A stretch of 64,000 bases of DNA from Myxococcota bacterium (GTDB lineage: Bacteria > Myxococcota_A > Polyangia > JAAYKL01). A program made the position numbers and the translations under genes. The notes under the pieces are model-generated. The model made no database searches. It was not told the origin of the DNA and saw nothing but the letters and a program-made list of their open reading frames with translations. The stretch covers positions 3,171 through 67,170 of the forward strand of contig JANQET010000406.1 of assembly GCA_028278265.1 (NCBI GenBank), given 5' to 3'. Shown in pieces: positions 57,901 through 64,000 of this stretch (position 1 is the first letter of the stretch; the number at the start of each line of letters is the position of its first letter).

Positions 57901-58479
57901 GACTATGTCAGTTGGCCCGACGGATTGAGCCTGGCAGTGTCGGTCAACGGAGCCCAAACCGCCCTGCTCGACGACATCTACTACGCCGAGACACCCCTGC
58001 CCACCGCGCCGGCGCTGGTGGACCTGACCCTGAAAAGCAAGAGCAGCCCCAGCCTGACCGACTATCCGGTCGAGACCACCACCTCGGCGACGTTTATTAC
58101 GACAGGCAATGAGGTAGTACCGGTTCAAATCCCCAACACTCGCTACCAGGTTCGGGACCTCAACGACTTCAATCAAGTCATCTGCCAGGGCGACCGCACC
58201 TGCCGGTTGCGATTTTCCGTAAATTTCGAACCGATTAATTACGCAATCGAACCAGTATCGTTTTTCGGTTGGATACTGTTGTCGACCGACGACGGCGCAA
58301 CCTGGTTCTCCCCGGATTGGCAATACAAAAAAGGCAGCGCTCTCACAGTGCGTTCCCGTATCAGGCTATCCGAGGACGATCCGTTGCCGGTCAGCGTGAA
58401 GTTGTTCGCCTTTACCAGTGATGGGGTGCTGCTCAGTGAAACCGTGAAACGAGCTTTCTTGCTCAAGAAGAATCAATGA
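54943..58479 (+). CDS. giant subtilisin-like serine protease (peptidase S8) lipoprotein with an N-terminal pro-region and an about 650-aa C-terminal extension
   Basis: Lipobox LSLSVGC. Catalytic triad contexts AVLDTGVD, HGTHVSS and GTSMATPVVAG. Confidence 0.85.
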   Translation: MKRLLVGSVLLMALSLSVGCDDESTPLDVDSISLDQARPPSAPERHTLTLITGDRLEVLKSADGSWKVAIDQAPRSSGPVAFTRFRHPKKGLYVMPVDVKHLIPEVMDAQFFNIEYLIEHKMDDAHQSFVSAIVSTEDSSAHQRATVSTALNYRRLPAAGLSTITVSKNQLRGRANPLWQFTGQRAGLTLSGVKKLRPNRVFKALLAEAVPAVGGDVAQQTHGLYGKGINLAVLDTGVDSAHPDFYFEDGSSKLVVDENLTCFTTDDPFYCEDTPLDLEGHGTHVSSIAVGTGAGSDGLYRGVAPEAWLMNVKVLNSMGFGLETDIIQGIFVAALGTNDVRGDEPEIEADVISMSLGGPVLTDGEDPMIAAVNQVVNDHGVIVVVAAGNDWNAFTVGSPAAAAGALAVGSSTKWAPFVVSDFSSRGPTRGEFALKPDIVAPGEEIIAACSSFSYWLECDPLAPYIAMSGTSMATPVVAGGAALLVEHAAGSGQLLSPQALKDRLLSSSEVLTSLWDPDQPASAYEQGAGLMKLDRALTAELVFSPANLSLGLFTYDVAEWERTAQLTNRSDQTKTVDLAIALTSEYLDYSDAISLTPSQVTLAPGATAELTVRVDLQALPLPKLQQAFDGRITAQVNGQLAAHSILGFTKEGELYPLTIQTIGLDGGPPFWPDVYVYDAEDSAGFFNDPWVTFPDAEGYLRLRVPAGIYNLTLEIYDFADELARHTRVSELELEVANTATSAVLDARLAEPVVFDLAADPLATSTKEFSTTWEYVWPGDGWSISVGSSGFDQLMVYSNKQSTIGTFGVLSQWVRGHEPWWESEVLYNWTDTRGRDEPYLLRVTETDLENAGMADIHYHSERLTEGYIGEWACPTDLTVLPLYCNFVWIWSYLTPLPAVQRQYYNPLVAAHNTLYEPLPWELLLWDNEQTIVDGVLIEGKVWQPGEQQRVHWGQRPMKPAYQHVWQIDNTLGIWGHSVEDPQGHYSLDYVSWPDGLSLAVSVNGAQTALLDDIYYAETPLPTAPALVDLTLKSKSSPSLTDYPVETTTSATFITTGNEVVPVQIPNTRYQVRDLNDFNQVICQGDRTCRLRFSVNFEPINYAIEPVSFFGWILLSTDDGATWFSPDWQYKKGSALTVRSRIRLSEDDPLPVSVKLFAFTSDGVLLSETVKRAFLLKKNQ

Positions 58480-58863
58480 GAAAGATATCGACATCTGACC
58501 CAATCGCCTGCCTACGTTAAAAAAAACCACATTTCTCCGCCAAAAAAAGCCGCTCGCAGGAGCAAACTTCGCTTGTTTTGGGCATAGTGCTTCAAATCCA
58601 TATTTCAGCGGCATTCGAGTGACGCTCCATCAGCCTCCACTGCGGTGTGCTCCCTCGATGTACCTCTCTAGGCATGCCTCAGTCGTGAGTCTTGGGGAGG
58701 CGGCGGCTCAGCGCTCTCGGTGCGTCGCTGTATTGCTGGATTGCGGTACCCAGCATGAATTAATTCGTCCAAAATGTTGCCCTAAATAGTTTTTAGATAA
58801 ACAAGCGAAGGTCGATTTGACAGAAAAAGGACCGATAAAATACCCGAGAGGAAGGAGAAATCG

Positions 58864-60423
58864 ATGAAACGATTGGTCGCTTTTATCATGGTATTTAGTT
58901 GGGCTCTTTCTGGGATAATGATCGGTTGTGGCGGCGGAGATGGTGATGCTCCTGAACCGGACGGAGGTGATACTGAAACCGACAACGGAGGAGACACGGA
59001 TACCGACGCCGATATGGATACAGACACAGATACGGACACAGATACGGACGCCGACTCGGATTCGGACACCGACGCCGATTCGGATGCAGACACGGATTCC
59101 GATACCGACGCCGATTCGGATGCGGACACGGACTCAGACACGGATTCCGATACCGACACGGACTCGGATTCGGACACGGACTCAGACACGGACTCCGATA
59201 CCGACACAGACTCGGATTCGGACACGGACTCCGATACCGACACCGATTCGGATTCGGACGCGGACTCCGATACCGACACAGACTCGGATTCGGACACGGA
59301 TTCAGACACGGACTCCGATACCGACACCGATTCGGATTCGGACGCGGACTCGGATACCGACACCGATTTGTCGCCCGGCTACCCCAAATTGTTCGTTGCG
59401 GACGGCAGTTCCTCGAGCTCGGCATTGATGATATGGGAAGAAGCCGATCAGATTACCGCGGATCGGGATGCTGATATTACCGCAGCGCCGTTGCCTGGAT
59501 CGTTCGTCGGTAGAGGACTCGGTTTGCATCGGGATCGGTTGTTTGTCTACGCCACAGGAGGGACGAAGCCGGTTCATGTCTATGATAACGCCTCGAAGCT
59601 GGCCGACGGCGCCGAAGCCGATGAACATGTGAGTGCAGGGGGTGCAAAAATGTTCTTCGACAGTGGGAATCACCTCTGGGCGCTGAATGGCACCGATATC
59701 CAGCTTTTCGACGACGCACCGAATTTGAGCGGTACCTCCCCGGTCCAGGCCAGTTTTTCCCACAGTTCGGAGCAGATTGAATCCGGCTGCTATGATGAGG
59801 TGGGCCAAAGATTGTTCGGTGGCCAAACCTCCGGGGCAGGGGTGCTGGTCTGGAACAACCCGCTGAATCAATCCGGAGACAACCCAAATGATTGGACCCT
59901 GGCCGCGTCGGTCAACCCCTGGGCCATGGCGATCGCCAAAGATCGGTTGTATGTGGGGAACGTCGCCGAGCCGTTCCTCAGAATTTGGAACAATATTTCT
60001 CAAGTGAGCAGCGCCAAACCGGCCGATGCGACATTGGGGGCAGCATCTGAACTCGGTGATATTACCGACATCTACATCCGCGGCGATCGCCTGGTGGTGA
60101 CGGTTCTCGAGTACCCGGTGTACAAAGTGCTGGTTTTCGACAATGCCTCATCCATTAGCGGGGAACAGGATCCACTGGCCGTGATCGGAGACGAGCATCT
60201 GGTGCTGCCCTATCAATCGATCCTCGATCAAAACGGATTCCTGTACGTACGTGACTCGGATGGGATTGCCATTTATCGAGGCGCCAACACGGCAATGCCG
60301 TCTTTTGTGACAAAGCTGGAAGATGCCTTTTCATACCCCGAACACATGCTGTTAATGGAATGCTCGCCGACCCATCGTTGCAACGGAGAAGCTACCTGCG
60401 TCAACGGCACCTGCACGCCATAG
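58864..60423 (+). CDS. secreted lipoprotein with an ~85-unit Asp-Thr/Asp-Ser repeat run and a C-terminal propeller-like domain
   Basis: Signal [49 protein letters not shown]... through ...DTDTDL. Confidence 0.8.
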   Translation: MKRLVAFIMVFSWALSGIMIGCGGGDGDAPEPDGGDTETDNGGDTDTDADMDTDTDTDTDTDADSDSDTDADSDADTDSDTDADSDADTDSDTDSDTDTDSDSDTDSDTDSDTDTDSDSDTDSDTDTDSDSDADSDTDTDSDSDTDSDTDSDTDTDSDSDADSDTDTDLSPGYPKLFVADGSSSSSALMIWEEADQITADRDADITAAPLPGSFVGRGLGLHRDRLFVYATGGTKPVHVYDNASKLADGAEADEHVSAGGAKMFFDSGNHLWALNGTDIQLFDDAPNLSGTSPVQASFSHSSEQIESGCYDEVGQRLFGGQTSGAGVLVWNNPLNQSGDNPNDWTLAASVNPWAMAIAKDRLYVGNVAEPFLRIWNNISQVSSAKPADATLGAASELGDITDIYIRGDRLVVTVLEYPVYKVLVFDNASSISGEQDPLAVIGDEHLVLPYQSILDQNGFLYVRDSDGIAIYRGANTAMPSFVTKLEDAFSYPEHMLLMECSPTHRCNGEATCVNGTCTP

Positions 60424-60458
60424 CCTATCCCCACTTGGGATGTGTGGAGGTTATTCGT

Positions 60459-61274
60459 CTATCCCGTCAAACTCGGCGGCAGTTCTCCTTGCGTCCCTTT
60501 GACGATGATGCTGGCCAGTGTCCATCCGTTGTATCCCACCACGGGAATGTACTCATCGATGGTCCAGTGGTTGAGTAATTGATTGGGAAAGACCTCTGCG
60601 TCAGGCGGAAAGTGAGTATCTTTGTCAAAACTGATGTTCTCGATTTGAGAGATTTCGTTGCCCTCAACCGGTCCGACAAGATGACCCCGTAGAATCTCGG
60701 GCATGTCGGGGAGGGGTCCGGTTGTCTGGTTCTGCGTAAAGTTTATCACCCGTTTTACGTTGGTTGGGATGATGTTCTTCTGGCTGTTGCCTGTGTCCAA
60801 GCTCTCATCCGGATCGATGAGAATCATCAAGTCCGTGTCGATTGGCCGGTATTTCCTTTTTCTGCCAATTCCGGAAACGCCGCGTACAATATCGAACCCG
60901 CCAAAGCTCTTGCCCACGGCAATCACAAACGGATTTTCGAATTCTTCATCAATGCAATCCCGCATCTCCAAATTCATCCACTTTTCGGTTTTGCCGAAGA
61001 AGGTTCCCCTGGAAAAAAAGATACGAAATTCGTCGATCTGATTGTTCTCCTTCAGCTCAATCCCGGCGTCGATGCACGCTTTGAACAAATATCCCCATTT
61101 CACCATTGCGCCTATTTTATCGGACTGGCAGACGACACTTTCGCGAAGATACTGATCGTACCGGCTCGAATTCGAAGGGGTGAGCCAGGGCACTCGCGGA
61201 TTGTGGGAGTCGTTCCACCCCGCGTTTGTCCCGCCCATACCGTGTGCACATCCGATGATTAGGGTTCGCGCCAT
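60459..61274 (-). CDS. putative alpha/beta-fold serine hydrolase (HGMGG oxyanion-hole-like and GKSFG nucleophile-elbow motifs), lower-GC gene
   Basis: MARTLIIGCAHGMGG...FVIAVGKSFGG. About 45% GC against about 60% in the flanks. Confidence 0.45.
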   Translation of the reverse strand: MARTLIIGCAHGMGGTNAGWNDSHNPRVPWLTPSNSSRYDQYLRESVVCQSDKIGAMVKWGYLFKACIDAGIELKENNQIDEFRIFFSRGTFFGKTEKWMNLEMRDCIDEEFENPFVIAVGKSFGGFDIVRGVSGIGRKRKYRPIDTDLMILIDPDESLDTGNSQKNIIPTNVKRVINFTQNQTTGPLPDMPEILRGHLVGPVEGNEISQIENISFDKDTHFPPDAEVFPNQLLNHWTIDEYIPVVGYNGWTLASIIVKGTQGELPPSLTG

Positions 61275-61551
61275 AGATCACCTCTTTGCGTTGTGGGGTG
61301 ACGCCCGGTCATCACAATGAACGAAACGCCTTTTGATATTTCCCACAGTTCGTTCTTTCGCCAGCCTGAGCTGAGCATTTATTATTCTCATTCAACCGCC
61401 AAGGATAACCCGAAGTACAACGGACTTGTCATCACCCAAATGGGTGATTTTCCAAGTAACCTCGTTTGTGATGATCCTTCTTTTTTCGTCCAACTCATGC
61501 CGTCACCTCGTTTTATCTTTACAGAGCGGGATCAACAACAGGAGTGAAGCA

Positions 61552-64000
61552 ATGAATCGACTGATGATTGGACCGGCGATCCTTGTGCTCTGGTCATTGT
61601 GCGGGGGGTGCTCGGGCAATATCGAATCCCTTGAAATGGAACACACCCCATCGGGCGTGACGCAGCCACCGAAAAAAGTGGCCCATCATACCCTGACGCT
61701 CATTACCGGCGACCGCCTCGAAGTGACCAAGACCAGCGACGGCAGATGGACGGTCGTGGTCGACCAGGCAGCCAGGCCGACGGGACCGGTGGCGTTTTCC
61801 CGCGTGAGCCACCCCCAAAAGGGGCTGCATTTGATCCCCGCGGATGTCAAACACCTGGTCCCCGGTGTTGTGGATGCCCGGTTCTTCAACATTGATTATC
61901 TCATCGACAACAAAATGGATGACGCGCATCAGCGCTTCGTCTCGGCGATCATCACGACCGATGATTCGACGACAATGCAGCGATCTGCGATCGGCAAGGC
62001 ACTCAATTATCGGCGCTTGGCGACCGGCGGCTTGGCGACCATCAGCGTTGACAAAAAACAGCTGCATTCACGAACCGATCCCCTCTGGCAGCAAACCGGT
62101 CGGAAGCCCACCATAACGCTTGCCGGTATCAGCAAGTTTCGGCCCAATCGGGTGTTCAAGGCTCTGCTCGACCAAGCGCTTCCAGCGGTCGGTGCCGATG
62201 TGGCCCACCAGGAATTCGGCTTGCGTGGCGACGGGATCAATGTTGCCGTGCTCGATACCGGCGTGGACGACGCCCATCCGGACTTCTTTTTTGAAGACGG
62301 TACGTCAAAGTTGGTCGTGAATGAGGATTTGACCTGTTTTACCACAACCGATCCCGAACAATGCGACGGTACACCGGTTGATACTTATGGTCACGGCACC
62401 TTTGTCGCCAGCATTGCCGTGGGAACCGGCGCTGCAAAAGAGGGGCTGTACCAAGGAATGGCCCCGGGTGCCCGATTGATGAACGTCAAAGTTATCAATC
62501 GATACGGATGGGCGCTGGAAAGCGACGTTATGCAGGGTATTCTCGTTGCGACCTTGGGCACGAACGATATTCGTGGTGACGAACCGGCAATCGAGGCCGA
62601 TGTCATTTCCATGAGCTTGGGCGGCTGGGTTACCCCTGGTGAGGAAGATCCCCTGGTTGAGCTGGTCAACCAGATGGTCACCGAGCATGGGGTGGTCATT
62701 GTGGCCGCGGCAGGCAATGACGGGGGCTACTATTCGATTAACAGCCCGGCCATCGCCGAGCAGGCCATCGCGGTCGGCGCGAGCAACAAATCCGAGCCGT
62801 TCTACGTTTCGGGCTTTTCCAGCGGCGGTCCCACTGCCGGCGATTTCCATCTCAAACCCGATCTCGTCGCACCTGGCGTGGACATTATCGCGGCATGCGC
62901 CTCCTCTGTGCCCGACTTGGGTTGCGATCCGCTCGATCCCTACTTTGCCGAGTCCGGTACCAGCGCTTCTACGCCCGTTGTCTCCGGCGGCGTTGCGCTG
63001 ATGATCCAGCAGGCGCGCGAAGACGGCCTCCTGCTGACCCCCCAGCTGGCAAAAGACCGGTTGCTCTCCTCCAGCGAAACCATCATCGCCTATTGGGATC
63101 CCGAATACAAAATCAGCGTGTATGAGCAGGGCGCAGGGTTGATGAAAATCGATCAGGCGCTGTCCACCGAGTTCGTATTTTCACCGGCCAATGTCAGCAT
63201 CGGGCTGGTCACCTGGGAAGTCGAGCACGTGGAACGCACGGTCACGCTGCGCAATCACACCGAACAGACCAGGACGCTCGATCTGTCGATTGAGCTTCGC
63301 TCTGAAGAAGCGTCGTTTGATCACGCGATTTCCCTCTCCTCACCACAGGTGACCCTTGCGCCGGGGGAAATCGCCGAGGTCACTATCGGAATCGATATGA
63401 CGTTGTTGCCGTCGCCAAAAATGCAGCAGGTATTCGAAGGAGAGCTCAAAGCATTCGATGGTGAGCGTCTTGTCGCCCGCGGCATCCTCGGACTGACCAA
63501 ACAGGCACGGCTCTACCCGTTGATCGTTGATACGATCGGACCGGACGGGGCCGCTGATCCCGACATGACCGATGTGTACGTCTATGATGCCCTGGATCTA
63601 CAGGGATTCATTTCTGACCCCTGGACCGACCATCCCGATCACAACGGTCGACTCCATCTTCGGGTCCCGGCCGGCACCTACAATATCATGATGAAAATGT
63701 GGAAGCTGGATGGGCCGAAGTTTTCTCTGTATCGGGTTTCCCATTTGGAGCATTTGGTGGGAGCGGGCAGCTCCGGCGTGACCCTGGATGCCCGTCAGGC
63801 AAGACCCGTGCTGCTCGAAATCGAAGCGGATCCGCTCGCCACGGAGACGCGATATTTTCACTCCTATATGGAGTACACCTGGCCCAACCAAATCGGCTCA
63901 TATCCGTTTGGCATCTCCGGCGTGCACGAGTTGTATACCTTCAGCAACAAAAAACCGACCGTCGGCCAGTTTGGGGTGATCAACAATTGGATCCGGGGGC
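61552..64000 (+). CDS. second giant S8 subtilisin-like protease lipoprotein (paralog of 54943..58479), 3'-partial at the window edge
   Basis: GGAG RBS then ATG. Lipobox LCGGC. VAVLDTGVDDAHPDF, HGTFVASIAVG and ESGTSASTPVVSG. About 60-65% identical to the first protease over about 500 aa. Confidence 0.8.
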   Translation, partial: MNRLMIGPAILVLWSLCGGCSGNIESLEMEHTPSGVTQPPKKVAHHTLTLITGDRLEVTKTSDGRWTVVVDQAARPTGPVAFSRVSHPQKGLHLIPADVKHLVPGVVDARFFNIDYLIDNKMDDAHQRFVSAIITTDDSTTMQRSAIGKALNYRRLATGGLATISVDKKQLHSRTDPLWQQTGRKPTITLAGISKFRPNRVFKALLDQALPAVGADVAHQEFGLRGDGINVAVLDTGVDDAHPDFFFEDGTSKLVVNEDLTCFTTTDPEQCDGTPVDTYGHGTFVASIAVGTGAAKEGLYQGMAPGARLMNVKVINRYGWALESDVMQGILVATLGTNDIRGDEPAIEADVISMSLGGWVTPGEEDPLVELVNQMVTEHGVVIVAAAGNDGGYYSINSPAIAEQAIAVGASNKSEPFYVSGFSSGGPTAGDFHLKPDLVAPGVDIIAACASSVPDLGCDPLDPYFAESGTSASTPVVSGGVALMIQQAREDGLLLTPQLAKDRLLSSSETIIAYWDPEYKISVYEQGAGLMKIDQALSTEFVFSPANVSIGLVTWEVEHVERTVTLRNHTEQTRTLDLSIELRSEEASFDHAISLSSPQVTLAPGEIAEVTIGIDMTLLPSPKMQQVFEGELKAFDGERLVARGILGLTKQARLYPLIVDTIGPDGAADPDMTDVYVYDALDLQGFISDPWTDHPDHNGRLHLRVPAGTYNIMMKMWKLDGPKFSLYRVSHLEHLVGAGSSGVTLDARQARPVLLEIEADPLATETRYFHSYMEYTWPNQIGSYPFGISGVHELYTFSNKKPTVGQFGVINNWIRG

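Overview
This 64-kb window comes from a GC-rich bacterial chromosome (about 60% GC over most of its length). Reading the proteins suggests a Myxococcota-like lineage: one protein has a C-terminal tail resembling the MYXO-CTERM sorting signal, one has a myxococcal-type cysteine-rich repeat, and there are many secreted lipoproteins plus ECF sigma/anti-sigma and hybrid histidine kinase genes. I could not check taxonomy against any database.

The window is a mosaic of three parts.

(1) Housekeeping and envelope genes:
- Central metabolism and small-molecule enzymes: citrate synthase, a class I/II aminotransferase, an acyl-CoA thioesterase, a radical SAM protein, a Cys/Met-metabolism PLP enzyme, an isochorismatase-family hydrolase, a cyclase, a metallo-beta-lactamase-fold hydrolase and an alpha/beta hydrolase.
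- Peptidases: a TldD/PmbA pair, an M19 dipeptidase, an M24 aminopeptidase, a LysM/M15-like peptidase, a Zn-peptidase and a PGRP-type amidase.
- Regulators: a MarR regulator, a PAS hybrid histidine kinase, and an ECF sigma factor with a FecR/TPR anti-sigma factor.

(2) A lower-GC accessory segment of roughly 14.5 kb (about 2.4 to 16.9 kb). It is bracketed by two same-strand fragments of an IS91-family transposase. It carries surface or secreted proteins: a myxo-cysteine-repeat plus FN3 lipoprotein, a BNR protein with an ~80-unit Ser/Thr-Asp dipeptide repeat run, a Cys-rich protein and a dockerin-like lipoprotein. It also contains a sharply AT-rich (about 37% GC) cargo island of uncharacterised small genes and an IS1-family element.

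(3) Further secreted proteins with distinctive architectures:
- a lipoprotein with three C-type lectin domains;
- a CAP/PR-1 lipoprotein;
- a pectin-lyase-fold beta-helix protein;
- a YD-repeat lipoprotein paired with an outer-membrane beta-barrel;
- two tandem paralogous giant S8 subtilisins.

The recurrent theme is lipoproteins carrying Asp-Ser/Thr/Ala/Gly dipeptide-repeat linkers, encoded by hexanucleotide tandem arrays.

The strongest candidate 'system' is a tightly coupled two-gene module at 28.3-30.4 kb. It encodes an AAA_21/ABC-type ATPase followed by an HNH nuclease, laid out like a Septu (PtuA/PtuB)-type anti-phage defence system, and sits between citrate synthase and a lipoprotein gene. 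Other notable items are a degenerate-motif Fic protein, a new ~130-bp intergenic repeat with a 10-bp tandem array, an IS1 element split at an A8 run, and several direct-repeat operator-like sites. No rRNA, tRNA or CRISPR array was found.
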